Shown one piece after another: positions 36,084-46,095 of a stretch of 64,000 nucleotides of DNA (position 1 is its first letter; every line of letters starts with the position of its first letter). The stretch covers positions 31,054-95,053 of the forward strand of contig JAHDSQ010000002.1 of assembly GCA_018432615.1 (NCBI GenBank), given 5' to 3'. A program made the translations under genes and the position numbers. The stretch is from Clostridia bacterium (GTDB taxonomy: Bacteria > Bacillota > Peptococcia > DRI-13 > SM3-B62). A model generated the notes under the pieces. It did no database searches. It was given only the letters and a program-made list of their open reading frames with translations, and was not told the DNA's origin.

Positions 36084-37010
36084 TTAAAAATCAACATTAT
36101 CGACACCTTTTAAACCAAGCATTTGACGAACTTCTGCGGGAGATGCCGGTTCACAATCAAACTCTCTGGCTATCCTTACCATTTTCTCGACCAGTTCCCC
36201 GTTGCTCTTAGCCAATGAGCGCCTGCTTATTTTCAGATTGTCCTCCATCCCGACGCGCACATGCCCCCCTAACATACAAGCAACCGCACCTAAATTAAAC
36301 TCAGCCGGGTATCCCACACCTATTACAGACCAGGTATAGTTATCCCCCAGTAATTTGTCCGCTTTATTTTTCATAAATAGTAGATTTTCTACAGTAGCCG
36401 CGAGACCGCCCAATACCCCCAACACATACTGCAGATGCAAAGGCTGATTTATGTATCCCTTGCGCAGCAAATAAGCGAGGTTGTCAAGATGACCCGCATC
36501 ATAAATCTCCAATTCAGGTTTAGTATCCTCCTTGTGGAGCATACCAAGCAATGTTTCCATATCCTCAAATGTGTTTTTAAAGACAAAATCCCGTGTCTCC
36601 TCTAAAAAATTCTTTTCCCAGTCATAACGGTATTCTTTGACTCTCTCGGCAATTGGAAAAAGCCCAAAATTGATTGACCCTAAACTAAATGAAGCCATTT
36701 CCGGTTTTAAAGCCGGCACCACTGATGCACGTTCTGCAACAGTCATTCCATAACCTCCACCGGTAGTCACACAAACAACCAAGTCACTGTTCTGCTTAAT
36801 TTTACCTGCAATTTCCCGAAACACTTCCGAATCCGAAGTAGGCTTGCCATTTTGCGGGTCTCTGGCATGGATATGTACGATTCCTGCCCCTGCTTCCCTA
36901 GCCCGAAATGCCTCTTGGACAATTTCATCCGGTGTTACCGGAATGTATGGACTCTGACTAGGAACCACATCTCCTCCTGTTAATGCTGCCGTAATAATTA
37001 CTTTTCTCAA
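36084..37010 (-). CDS. BKACE-family enzyme (3-keto-5-aminohexanoate cleavage enzyme-like, DUF849)
   Basis: 308 aa. TTG start after GGGGTGAGG. The sequence (M)RKVIITAALTGG...IVHIHARDP...GGHVRVGMEDN is typical of this family. Confidence 0.8.
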   Translation of the reverse strand: MRKVIITAALTGGDVVPSQSPYIPVTPDEIVQEAFRAREAGAGIVHIHARDPQNGKPTSDSEVFREIAGKIKQNSDLVVCVTTGGGYGMTVAERASVVPALKPEMASFSLGSINFGLFPIAERVKEYRYDWEKNFLEETRDFVFKNTFEDMETLLGMLHKEDTKPELEIYDAGHLDNLAYLLRKGYINQPLHLQYVLGVLGGLAATVENLLFMKNKADKLLGDNYTWSVIGVGYPAEFNLGAVACMLGGHVRVGMEDNLKISRRSLAKSNGELVEKMVRIAREFDCEPASPAEVRQMLGLKGVDNVDF

Positions 37011-37091
37011 AAATCCTCACCCCTTCTTTAAAAAAGAAAACTTACTTCAATAAAAGCCTCAGCTTAGAATAAAAATTAAAAATATAAAAAT

Positions 37092-37135
37092 TATACGTGT
37101 AAAAATTTATTTTTTAATAAATTTTTACACGTATA
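37092..37135 (-). terminator. A+T-rich 20-bp hairpin after lpd
   Basis: TATACGTGTAAAAATTTATT-TTTT-AATAAATTTTTACACGTATA, followed on the minus strand by ATTTTTATATTTTTAATTTTT. Confidence 0.55.
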
Positions 37136-37229
37136 TATTATCACATCGTCTCAATCATTGCAAGAAGTTATAAAAATACTTGCACAATGTTTGTATGAAG
37201 TTTGGATATTTCCAATTTTGTCGCTGCGC

Positions 37230-38618
37230 CTAATACTTGCGAAACATATGGATAGCCTTGTTATGCAATCCCTCCACAGCCTCCAGCAAAGCTTCTGCCA
37301 GAGTAGGATGAGCGTGGATAGTTTTGCCGAACTCCCCGGTCGTCATGTTGTGTTCAATGGCTAAGGCACCTTCATGGATAAGATCACTGGCATGAGGACC
37401 CATAATGTGTATTCCCAGTAATTCTTGAGTATCTTTGCGAGCGATGACTTTGACTAATCCCTCACCTTCTCTCATTGTCAACGCTTTACCGTTAGCTCCA
37501 AATAGAAATTTGCTTGTAAGGTAAGGAACTCCCATCTCCTGAACCTGTTCTTCTGTCAGCCCCACTCCAGCCATCTCCGGAAAGGCGAAAACACAGGCAG
37601 GCACGACTTGATAATTTACGCGTTTTTCATACCCCATCATTTTTTCAACCGCTGCTTTACCTTCCTCCACAGCAAGGTGGGCCAGCATCTGCCCTCCAAT
37701 GACATCGCCAATCGCATATATCCCCGGCACAACAGTCATATATTCATCATTGACAATAATTCCGTTCTTGTCGCATGGGACACCCACGGCATTGAGATTC
37801 AACCCGTCCAAATTTGCCTTTCTTCCTGTGGAAACAAGTACGGTTTCCACATCCAAAGCTATTTTTTCTTTATCTCTTTTGACCAACAAACAAAGCTGAG
37901 TACCGTTTCGTTTTATCTCTTCGACCTTTACTTCTGTTTCCAGCCTGATGCCTTTTCTTTTCAAGCCCATGGTCATTCTTTTTACTATCTCGCTGTCAAA
38001 CCCAGTCAATATTCCAGGCAGAAGCTCCAGAACAGTAACACTTACTCCCATGGCATTAAGGATTCCGGCAAATTCGATGCCAATCACCCCTCCGCCGATA
38101 ATTGCCACCGTTTGGGGAAGTTTTTCTATTTCCAGAATCTCTTCACTGTTCATTACTCCGGGCAGTTCCAGGCCGCTGATAGGCGGCTCTGCCGGAACAG
38201 ACCCTGTTGCTATGAGAATATTTTTGGCCTTTATCCTTTTTTCGCCGTTATCCACCGATACGGTATTCGTATTGTCAAACGACGCCTTTCCGGTAATCAG
38301 TTCTATTTTATTGGCTTGTAGCAGTCTCTCAACTCCAACCGCCAACTGCGTTATTATCTTTTGTTTTTGTTCCTGCATTTTCGCCAGATCGAAACTGTAA
38401 CCGGATACATCTATCCCAAATTCTCCGGCATTTTTCAGGGTATGCAACACCTGGGCATTCTTGTAAAAAGTCTTGGTGGGTATGCAGCCTTTGTTTAAAC
38501 AGGTCCCTCCGACTCTTTCTTTTTCAACGAGAGTAACGCTCGCACCTAGTTGAGCAGCCCGAATTGCTGCGCTGTATCCGCCGGGCCCGCCGCCGATCAC
38601 CAATAAATCCCTTATCAC
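37230..38618 (-). CDS. lpd: dihydrolipoyl dehydrogenase
   Basis: GGGPGGY FAD motif, redox-active GGTCLNKGCIPTK, and C-terminal HAHPTLAE. Confidence 0.9.
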   Translation of the reverse strand: MIRDLLVIGGGPGGYSAAIRAAQLGASVTLVEKERVGGTCLNKGCIPTKTFYKNAQVLHTLKNAGEFGIDVSGYSFDLAKMQEQKQKIITQLAVGVERLLQANKIELITGKASFDNTNTVSVDNGEKRIKAKNILIATGSVPAEPPISGLELPGVMNSEEILEIEKLPQTVAIIGGGVIGIEFAGILNAMGVSVTVLELLPGILTGFDSEIVKRMTMGLKRKGIRLETEVKVEEIKRNGTQLCLLVKRDKEKIALDVETVLVSTGRKANLDGLNLNAVGVPCDKNGIIVNDEYMTVVPGIYAIGDVIGGQMLAHLAVEEGKAAVEKMMGYEKRVNYQVVPACVFAFPEMAGVGLTEEQVQEMGVPYLTSKFLFGANGKALTMREGEGLVKVIARKDTQELLGIHIMGPHASDLIHEGALAIEHNMTTGEFGKTIHAHPTLAEALLEAVEGLHNKAIHMFRKY

Positions 38619-38630
38619 TGTCCCGCTCCT

Positions 38631-40097
38631 TTATTCATTGTTTTTTCGTGGTGGTGTCCACTTCAAGACAGGTTCACGCACGGCCTTGACTTCATCCAGC
38701 CTCCCGATAGGTGTACGATAAGGTGCTCCCTTAACAAGTTCCGGGCTCTCCTCGACCTCGCGAGCTATGTGGAGCAATATTTCGGCCACCTCATCAAGCA
38801 CCTCACGATTCTCGGTTTCCGTAGGCTCAAACATCATGGCTTCCTTGACTATCAGCGGAAAATAAACGGTAGGCGGATGAAAACCATAATCCATCATACG
38901 TTTGGCCATATCCAGGGTAGAAACTCCCTTCTCTTTTTGGGTTTGTCCCGACAGGACAAATTCGTGCATACAAGTCCGCTCATAAGGCAAATGAAAGTAC
39001 TCTTTTAATTTATTCATCAGATAGTTGGCATTCAGAACAGCTGTCTCTGAAACATTTCGCAGTCCTGCGGCTCCCATAGTCATGATATAGGCATAAGCCT
39101 TTACAACTACAGCAAAGTTTCCATAAAAAGATTTGACTTGTCCGATTGAAAGGGGCTGTTCGTAATCCCGCATGTAATGACCGTCTCGGTATTGTATTAC
39201 CGGAGTAGGTAAAAATGGCACTAATTCCTTTTTCACACCTACCGGTCCTGAACCCGGTCCTCCCCCGCCGTGAGGTGTACTGAATGTTTTGTGCAGATTG
39301 AGATGAACGATATCAAAGCCCATATCGCCGGGCCGGGTGATTCCCATGATAGCGTTAAGGTTCGCTCCGTCATAGTATAGCAGTCCTCCGGAATTATGGA
39401 CGATTTCTGCCACCTCAATAATGTTTTCTTCAAACAGCCCCAGAGTGGAAGGATTTGTCAGCATCAGTCCGGCTACCTCTTCACTCATCAACTGTCTTAA
39501 TTCTGCCGGGTTAACGTTTCCTCGGCTATCCGTTTTTACTTCAATGACCTCATAGCCCACCATTGCCGCGGAAGCCGGATTTGTTCCGTGGGCCGTATCA
39601 GGAATAATTATTTTTTTGCGCTGTTCCTCTTTGTTATGTTCGTGGTACGCCCTCATGATCATCAGCCCGCTCAGTTCGCCGTGAGCCCCCGCCGCAGGCT
39701 GCAAGGATACCCTTGCCATGCCGGTAATCTCCGCCAGCATTAGATCCATTTTGTATAAAAGCTCCAAACAACCTTGTACCGCACAATCAGGCAAGGCAGG
39801 ATGAACGCCGGAAAATCCCTCCAGCCTGGAAACATCTTCATTGATTTTCGGATTATATTTCATGGTACAGGAACCCAAAGGATAGAAGCCGCTGTCAACT
39901 CCGTAGTTCAACCTTGATAGAGCCGTAAAGTGTCGTATTGCATCTACCTCGCTCACTTGGGGTAACTCAGGATCAGAATTTCTGAGGTATTCCTCGGGCA
40001 CTATTTCATCGATTACCCTAACCGGCACATCGCATTTTGGCAAAGAATAACCTTTCCTTCCCGGTTTACCGACCTCAAATATTAGCCTCTGACTCAT
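38631..40097 (-). CDS. gcvPB: glycine dehydrogenase (decarboxylating) subunit 2
   Basis: The track ORF is over-extended to 40175. The ATG at 40097 overlaps the gcvPA stop (ATGA). [17 protein letters not shown]..., with PLP site [18 protein letters not shown]. Confidence 0.9.
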   Translation of the reverse strand: MSQRLIFEVGKPGRKGYSLPKCDVPVRVIDEIVPEEYLRNSDPELPQVSEVDAIRHFTALSRLNYGVDSGFYPLGSCTMKYNPKINEDVSRLEGFSGVHPALPDCAVQGCLELLYKMDLMLAEITGMARVSLQPAAGAHGELSGLMIMRAYHEHNKEEQRKKIIIPDTAHGTNPASAAMVGYEVIEVKTDSRGNVNPAELRQLMSEEVAGLMLTNPSTLGLFEENIIEVAEIVHNSGGLLYYDGANLNAIMGITRPGDMGFDIVHLNLHKTFSTPHGGGGPGSGPVGVKKELVPFLPTPVIQYRDGHYMRDYEQPLSIGQVKSFYGNFAVVVKAYAYIMTMGAAGLRNVSETAVLNANYLMNKLKEYFHLPYERTCMHEFVLSGQTQKEKGVSTLDMAKRMMDYGFHPPTVYFPLIVKEAMMFEPTETENREVLDEVAEILLHIAREVEESPELVKGAPYRTPIGRLDEVKAVREPVLKWTPPRKNNE

Positions 40098-41437
40098 ATT
40101 TTTTCCACCGCCTTTTTGACCAGCCGGTCGATTTCTTCCCTGCTCCTTTTTTCGGTGACGGCCAGTAGCCAACAATTTTCCAACTCCGGATAATCGCGTC
40201 CCAAGTCATACCCGCCGATGATCTCATCTGCGAGCAGCTTGTGGTTCAATTCATTAAGCGGATACCGACTCTTTACAGTAAATTCTTTGAAGAAAGGTTG
40301 AGGGAAACAAGAGGTGAAGGCTTCGTTATCCGTTAACCTCTTGTATGCATAATGAGATTTCTGCAAACACAATGAAGCCACTTCCCGTAAACCTTGCTTA
40401 CCCATAAGTGTCAAATACACCGTAGCGGCGAGAGCGTTGAGCGCCTGGTTTGAACAGATATTGGACGTCGCCTTTTCGCGTCGGATGTGCTGTTCCCTGG
40501 TTTGCATGGTCAGCACAAAGCCGGTGTTGCCTTTCCCGTCAACAGTTTGTCCAACGATTCTTCCCGGCATTTGGCGCAGATATTTTCCTTTAGCTGCAAA
40601 AAAGCCTAAATAAGGGCCGCCAAAGCTCAAAGAATTCCCCATAGACTGCCCTTCGCCCACCACTATGTCAGCCCCCATCTCGCCCGGTGGTTTAAGTACA
40701 CCTAAGGATATCGGGTCAACACTTGTTATCAATAGAATGTTGTTCTTTGCCGCCAGTGCGGCTATTTCCTTAACGTTTTCAATGGCCCCGAAGAAATTCG
40801 GATTTTGAATGACAATGGCTGCTGTTTCAGAGTTTATTTTGCTCTCGAGAGCGGCAATGTCCGTTGCCCCTCCTTGATAATCGGTTTCCACAACCCTTTG
40901 TCCGTTGAAACGAGCGTAAGTATGCAATGTTTTCCGGTACTGGGGGTTAACTGTACGGGAAATAATGATCTCTCTTTTACGGATAATCCTGCAAGCCATG
41001 TTAGCGGCTTCCGCTATGGCAGTAGCCCCATCATAAACAGAGGCATTTGCCACGTCCATTCCGGTCAATTCACAGACCATGGTCTGATACTCAAAAATGG
41101 CCTGCAATGTACCCTGACTAACCTCTGGCTGATAGGGAGTGTAGGCTGTATAAAACTCAGACCGACTGATGACGTGGTCTACAGCACTGGGAATATAGTG
41201 GTCATAAGCCCCCGCCCCTAAAAAACAAGAGTATTCCCCCGTGGTGACATTTCTGTTTGCCAGGGCTTTCATATGACGGGCCAATTCCATTTCAGAAAGC
41301 GGCATCGGCAATTCAAGGTCACGATTAAGGCGAACCTTTGTAGGCACATCATGAAAAAGTTGGTCCATCGCTTGATAATCCATTTTCGCCAGCATCGTTT
41401 TCCTTTCTGAGTCAGTACCGGACATGTATTCGGACAT
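40094..41437 (-). CDS. gcvPA: glycine dehydrogenase (decarboxylating) subunit 1
   Basis: 447 aa. [15 protein letters not shown]...[16 protein letters not shown]. Confidence 0.9.
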   Translation of the reverse strand: MSEYMSGTDSERKTMLAKMDYQAMDQLFHDVPTKVRLNRDLELPMPLSEMELARHMKALANRNVTTGEYSCFLGAGAYDHYIPSAVDHVISRSEFYTAYTPYQPEVSQGTLQAIFEYQTMVCELTGMDVANASVYDGATAIAEAANMACRIIRKREIIISRTVNPQYRKTLHTYARFNGQRVVETDYQGGATDIAALESKINSETAAIVIQNPNFFGAIENVKEIAALAAKNNILLITSVDPISLGVLKPPGEMGADIVVGEGQSMGNSLSFGGPYLGFFAAKGKYLRQMPGRIVGQTVDGKGNTGFVLTMQTREQHIRREKATSNICSNQALNALAATVYLTLMGKQGLREVASLCLQKSHYAYKRLTDNEAFTSCFPQPFFKEFTVKSRYPLNELNHKLLADEIIGGYDLGRDYPELENCWLLAVTEKRSREEIDRLVKKAVEKI

Positions 41438-41454
41438 TTATTGGCCCTCCTTTC

Positions 41455-41835
41455 TTACAGCTTTGCACACAGCTTTTTGTACTCAACGTGATCGAGAAGC
41501 GTCTCCAACTCCGAAGCATCAGTCGGTTCGACTGCTATCATCCAGCTGTCATACGGGTCTTTATTAATACTTTCAGGATTATCGAGGAGTACATTGTTCA
41601 CTTTCTTAACTGTACCTGACAAGGGCATATAGACATCCGATGCCGCCTTGACAGACTCTACAACTCCCATTGGTTGTCCGCTGGCAAGCACATCACCCTC
41701 TGCAGGCAATTCAATAAAAACAATATCTCCCAGAGAGTCCTGAGCATAATCCGTAATACCTAAATAAGCTAAATTTCCTTCCATCTTCACCCACTCATGG
41801 TCCTTGCTGTACTTAATCCCTTCCGGTATTTTCAT
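41455..41835 (-). CDS. gcvH: glycine cleavage system H protein
   Basis: The start at 41835 follows GGAGAAGGGG. KYSKDHEWV..., with lipoyl-lysine context VESVKAASD. Confidence 0.9.
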   Translation of the reverse strand: MKIPEGIKYSKDHEWVKMEGNLAYLGITDYAQDSLGDIVFIELPAEGDVLASGQPMGVVESVKAASDVYMPLSGTVKKVNNVLLDNPESINKDPYDSWMIAVEPTDASELETLLDHVEYKKLCAKL

Positions 41836-41864
41836 TTTTCCCCTTCTCCTTTCAAACATATTTT

Positions 41865-42959
41865 TTACTTTTTGTATCTTTTCTTGTAAAAAGGAAGCTT
41901 AATTATCCTTGCTTTTAAGGGTTTTTCTCTGATGATGATTTCAATAGTTTTATCCACCTGAGCATGAGCACTTTCAAGCAAGGCCAGCCCAATATTTTTG
42001 TTTAAGGTAGGTGAATAGCTACCGGTTGTAACATACCCTATATCCTTGCCGTCAAACCGGACACGGTAGTCATGCCTGGGTATGCCACGGTCAATCATCT
42101 CAAACCCTACCAGTTTTCTTCCCGGACTTTGCTCTTTTTGTTTTTTTAGCGCTTCCTTCCCCATGAATACCTCTTTGTCAAGCTTGACAAATATCCCCAG
42201 TCTTGCTTCTAATGGAGAGATGTCCCGACTGATTTCCTGCCCATATAAAGGGAGTGCCGCCTCAAAGCGCAAAGTATCCCTCGCTCCAAGCCCCGCCGGT
42301 TTCAACCCTTCTTTTTCCCCTGCGGAAAGAAGCTTCATCCATAATCCCGGTGCATCTGCCGGTGAAAGATATATTTCAAATCCATCCTCTCCGGTATATC
42401 CTGTGCGCGAAACCAAAGCGTTGACTCCATCGAGTTCGATCTTATCCATGAAGCCATAAAACGGTATGTCAGCCAAATTTATTCTTGTTAGTTTTTGCAA
42501 AATAGCCTCAGACATAGGCCCTTGAATGGCAATCTGCGCTACCTTGTCGGAAATATTTTCTATTGTTGCATCCTCTTGGAGGTTGCTCCTGAACCATTGA
42601 TAGTCTTTTTCGGTATTAGCAGCGTTGACAACCAAAAGATACTTTTCATCATCGAATTTATAGATCAATAGGTCGTCAACTACCCCCCCGTCAGGGTAAC
42701 ACATAGGGGTATAGATCACTTGATTTTTTTTGGCTTGGGAAATGTCATTAGTTACTATTCTTTGTATGTACTTACCCGCTTCCGGCCCTTTTACACTTAT
42801 TTCTCCCATATGGGATACATCAAACAATCCAGCCGCATTGCGAACAGTGTGGTGTTCGTCCAACACCCCTGAGTATTGCACCGGAAGCGCCCAGCCTCCG
42901 AATTCGATTATTTTCCCTCCCAAATCTTGATGAACTTGGTACAGCGGCGTTTTTTTCAT
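41865..42959 (-). CDS. gcvT: aminomethyltransferase (glycine cleavage T protein)
   Basis: 364 aa. KKTPLYQVHQDLGGKIIEFGGWALPVQY...GLFDVSHMGE. Confidence 0.9.
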   Translation of the reverse strand: MKKTPLYQVHQDLGGKIIEFGGWALPVQYSGVLDEHHTVRNAAGLFDVSHMGEISVKGPEAGKYIQRIVTNDISQAKKNQVIYTPMCYPDGGVVDDLLIYKFDDEKYLLVVNAANTEKDYQWFRSNLQEDATIENISDKVAQIAIQGPMSEAILQKLTRINLADIPFYGFMDKIELDGVNALVSRTGYTGEDGFEIYLSPADAPGLWMKLLSAGEKEGLKPAGLGARDTLRFEAALPLYGQEISRDISPLEARLGIFVKLDKEVFMGKEALKKQKEQSPGRKLVGFEMIDRGIPRHDYRVRFDGKDIGYVTTGSYSPTLNKNIGLALLESAHAQVDKTIEIIIREKPLKARIIKLPFYKKRYKK

Positions 42960-42989
42960 TTTTTAATCCCCCCTATCCCTTACCTAATA

Positions 42990-43871
42990 CTATTTTATTC
43001 CATAGATTTCCTTCTCAAGTCTCTTTCCGGTAGATGTAGCCGCTAGTCCCCCCTCGGCAGTTTCCTTTAAGACTCCGGGCATAATATCTCCTATTGATTT
43101 CATTGCCATAATTACCTCATCAGGGGGAATAACACTTTCTATCCCGGCCAAGGCCATATTAGCTGCTGCCAAGGCATTAACTGCACCTATTGTATTACGC
43201 TTAATACAAGGCACCTCCACTAATCCGGCTACCGGGTCACATACTAATCCCAAGAGATTTTTCAGGGCTATGCCACAGGCCTGTATAACCATATAAGGTG
43301 AACCTCCACACATTTCTACCGCTGCTGCCGCCGCCATAGCGGAAGCGCTACCACATTCAGCCTGACAGCCTCCTTCCGCTCCCGAAATACTGGCCTTTTT
43401 TGCTATTACCATACCAATTCCTGCGGCAGTAAATAAACCCATGACTACTTTTTTTTCAGGCATTTTCTTTTCTTCCATTAGGGTTAAGCAAACCGCCGGA
43501 ATTATACCGCAGGAACCTGCTGTCGGAGCCGCAACGATCCTCCCCATCGAAGCGTTTATTTCCGCTACTGCCAGAGCTCGCATTATCACACTATCTAACA
43601 TTCCCGTTCCTAATGTTTTTCCCGCCAGTACGGCTTGCTGGTATTTTCTCGCATCGCCCCCGGAAAGACCGCTCTCTGATTTTGTATCAAGAGCTATTCC
43701 ATTTTTAGCCGCTTCTTGCATTACCTTTAAATTTGCGGACATTTGTCTTAGAACCTTATCAATATTCTCTTCTTTTCCCTCGGCTTCTTCCATGAGAATT
43801 ATGTCTGAGATGTTTTTTTGTTTTTCCTCCGCAATATCTGCTAAAGCCTGTAAAGAATCAATATGTACCAC
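42990..43871 (-). CDS. sdaAA: L-serine dehydratase, iron-sulfur-dependent, alpha subunit
   Basis: The probable GTG start at 43871 lies 6 nt after GGGGGAG and 1 nt after the sdaAB stop (the track start is 43904). VAAPTAGSCGIIP and GGCQAECGSA motifs. Confidence 0.85.
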   Translation of the reverse strand: MVHIDSLQALADIAEEKQKNISDIILMEEAEGKEENIDKVLRQMSANLKVMQEAAKNGIALDTKSESGLSGGDARKYQQAVLAGKTLGTGMLDSVIMRALAVAEINASMGRIVAAPTAGSCGIIPAVCLTLMEEKKMPEKKVVMGLFTAAGIGMVIAKKASISGAEGGCQAECGSASAMAAAAAVEMCGGSPYMVIQACGIALKNLLGLVCDPVAGLVEVPCIKRNTIGAVNALAAANMALAGIESVIPPDEVIMAMKSIGDIMPGVLKETAEGGLAATSTGKRLEKEIYGIK

Positions 43872-43872
43872 T

Positions 43873-44550
43873 TCATTCTCCCCCCAGCCTTTTTGTCGGT
43901 TCAAGCTGCCTTACGCTTATAACGCATTCCAGATTGGCTATGCTTTTTGTGGCTCTTGACGGTACATTCTGATCAAGTTCAATAACCATCAGCGCTTCAC
44001 CGCCCCGTCGCGAGCGGAACAGGTTCATCCTGGCAATGTTTATGTTGTTTTTGGCCAAAAGCCCTGTTACTTTAGCCACCATGCCGGGAGTATCTTGATG
44101 TACCACTGCCAGGGTATGGTACTCCCCGTATATTTCCACCTTTAAATCATCAATTTGTTTTATAACAATATTCCCGCCTCCTATGGAAGAACCGGTCACA
44201 CTCAATGCTTTGCCGGATTTATCCCTCATTTTTATTACCACTGTATTTGGATGGGCTTCTCTCAACTGTACTTTCTCAAATACTATTCTCAACCCTAATC
44301 CCGCAGCTATTTCCAGGCTTGTCTTAATCCGAAGATCGTCTGGTTCAAAGCCGAGCAATCCACCGACGATAGCCCGATCTGTACCATGCCCCTTGTATGT
44401 ATGGGCAAAAGAGCCATGAAACTGAATCTGTGCCTCCTGCAGATCATCACCCAGCAATCTCCTCGCCATTTTACCAATACGGGCTGCTCCGGCCGTATGT
44501 GAACTGGAGGGACCCACCATAATAGGTCCGATAATATCAAAAACGTTCAT
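43873..44550 (-). CDS. sdaAB: L-serine dehydratase, iron-sulfur-dependent, beta subunit
   Basis: The true start ATG at 44550 follows GGAGGTG. MNVFDIIGPIMVGPSSSHTAGAARIG, with a C-terminal ACT-like domain. The track ORF extension to 44811 reads through a riboswitch. Confidence 0.85.
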   Translation of the reverse strand: MNVFDIIGPIMVGPSSSHTAGAARIGKMARRLLGDDLQEAQIQFHGSFAHTYKGHGTDRAIVGGLLGFEPDDLRIKTSLEIAAGLGLRIVFEKVQLREAHPNTVVIKMRDKSGKALSVTGSSIGGGNIVIKQIDDLKVEIYGEYHTLAVVHQDTPGMVAKVTGLLAKNNINIARMNLFRSRRGGEALMVIELDQNVPSRATKSIANLECVISVRQLEPTKRLGGE

Positions 44551-44595
44551 AAAACCCACCTCCTGTCTCAATTTTACGAATAAAACAACAAAAGA

Positions 44596-44637
44596 AAACA
44601 TAAAAAACAGAGGCCTGCTTAATAACAAGGCCTCTGT
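44596..44637 (-). terminator. riboswitch expression-platform terminator
   Basis: Minus strand: CAGAGGCC - 13 nt - GGCCTCTG followed by TTTTTTATGTTTTC. The 5' arm overlaps the 3' end of aptamer 2. Confidence 0.8.
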
Positions 44638-44795
44638 CCTGTAACCTGAGAGATTGCCGGTTTTGCCGGTTTCCCCATCGGTGCCGCAACAACTGTTGCG
44701 AGCTCTCCAGAGTTCGTCAGGGTCGGTCCTTTTGCCTGAGAGTTTCTGCCATTTGCTCCTTCGGCGCCTGCTTTCGCAAGTCTCTCCCGTTGCCC
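44637..44795 (-). ncRNA. tandem glycine riboswitch (two aptamers)
   Basis: Minus strand: GGGAGAGACTTGCGAAAGCAGGCGCCGAAGGAGCAAATGGCAGAAACTCTCAGGCAAAAGGACC ... CTCTGGAGAGCTCGCAACAGTTGTTGCGGCACCGATGGGGAAACCGGCAAAACCGGCAATCTCTCAGGTTACAGGACAGAG. This closely parallels the conserved cores of the B. subtilis gcvT leader. Confidence 0.9.
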
Positions 44796-44826
44796 TTCTT
44801 CCGAATATCATATCAACTTTGTCTAA

Positions 44827-44855
44827 ATATTACCACAAACCAATTTATTCATCAA
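44827..44855 (-). promoter_or_regulatory. sigma-A promoter with extended -10 for the riboswitch-controlled operon
   Basis: Minus strand: TTGATG - 17 nt - (TGg)TAATAT, about 30 nt upstream of the first aptamer. Confidence 0.6.
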
Positions 44856-44888
44856 GGGTTGATTTGTAATCACGTTAATTTGTAATAA

Positions 44889-46064
44889 CTATTTTTCAAC
44901 CAAGACGGCTGTTCCTTGTCCTCCTCCGATACATAAGGTAGCTAAGCCTTTCTTAACCCCCCGCTTTTGCATTTCATAAAGCAGTGTTACTAAGATGCGC
45001 GCTCCACTTGCTCCGATGGGGTGACCTAAAGCAATCGCGCCACCATTGACATTGACAATATCCATATTAAACCCTAAGTCTTTTGCTACGGCCAATGATT
45101 GAGCGGCAAAAGCTTCATTTGCTTCAATCAACCCCACGTCAGCCAATTGCCAGCCGGCTTTTTTTAGGACTTTTTTGGTGGCCTCAACCGGACCTATCCC
45201 CATGATTGCGGGATCCACCGCCGCAGAGGCTCCGGCCTTAAAGACTGCCAGAGGTTCCAAACCCATTTCTTCAGCCTTTTCCCTCGAAGCAAGTACCAGT
45301 GCCGCCGCTCCGTCATTGATACCCGAGGCATTTCCGGCTGTGACCGTTCCGTCTTTTTTGAAAGCTGGCCTTAGCTTGGCCAAAGATTCTGCCGTAACCC
45401 CCGCCCGGGGAAATTCATCAGTGACAAATTCTTTCACGCCGCCTTTAACAGGTATCTGCACCGGCACAATCTCCTCGACAAACCGATTTTCTACGATGGC
45501 TTTTTCTGCTTTATTCTGGCTTTTAGCAGCAAAAGCATCCTGTTCTTCTCTGCTGATTTTCCATCTCTCCGCAATGTTTTCAGCCGTGATTCCCATGTGA
45601 TAGTTGTTCGTCGCGCACCACAGTCCATCATTAACCATAGTATCAACTACCTGACCCGGTCCCATCCTGTAGCCGAAGCGAGCCTTGGGTAAGGCGTACG
45701 GTGCCATGGACATATTCTCCATCCCGCCGGCCACAACGATATCCGCATCACCAAGGGCAATTTCTTGTGCCGCTAAACATACCGCCTTCAGTCCTGACCC
45801 GCAAACCTTGTTAATTGTCATAGCCGGTACATAATCCGGTATCCCAGCCTTCAAAGAAGCCTGCCGGGCCACATTCTGCCCCAATCCCGCCTGCAAGACA
45901 CAACCCATGATTACATCTTCGACCGCTTCCGGTTTGACCTGTGCTCTGGCCAAGGCCTCTTTAATGACAATGCTTCCCAATTCCTGCGGTGGGATATCTT
46001 TCAAACTCCCCCCAAACGAACCGACCGGCGTTCTTACCGCCCCAATAATTAGAACTTCCCGCAT
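44889..46064 (-). CDS. acetyl-CoA C-acetyltransferase (thiolase)
   Basis: The start at 46064 follows [25 protein letters not shown], active-site [10 protein letters not shown], and C-terminal CIGGGQG. Confidence 0.9.
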   Translation of the reverse strand: MREVLIIGAVRTPVGSFGGSLKDIPPQELGSIVIKEALARAQVKPEAVEDVIMGCVLQAGLGQNVARQASLKAGIPDYVPAMTINKVCGSGLKAVCLAAQEIALGDADIVVAGGMENMSMAPYALPKARFGYRMGPGQVVDTMVNDGLWCATNNYHMGITAENIAERWKISREEQDAFAAKSQNKAEKAIVENRFVEEIVPVQIPVKGGVKEFVTDEFPRAGVTAESLAKLRPAFKKDGTVTAGNASGINDGAAALVLASREKAEEMGLEPLAVFKAGASAAVDPAIMGIGPVEATKKVLKKAGWQLADVGLIEANEAFAAQSLAVAKDLGFNMDIVNVNGGAIALGHPIGASGARILVTLLYEMQKRGVKKGLATLCIGGGQGTAVLVEK

Positions 46065-46095
46065 AATCTTATCTCCCTTCAAGTTTTACTTAACA

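Noticed and set aside
38631-40175. 26-codon N-terminal extension of gcvPB ([26 protein letters not shown]...)
   Set aside because: It lies entirely inside the gcvPA coding region in another frame. The conserved GcvPB N-terminus starts at ATG 40097, in an ATGA overlap with the gcvPA stop.
44551-44811. Arg-rich N-terminal extension of track ORF 43873-44811
   Set aside because: The extension is the reverse-strand glycine riboswitch plus its terminator. The real sdaAB start is ATG 44550, with GGAGGTG upstream.
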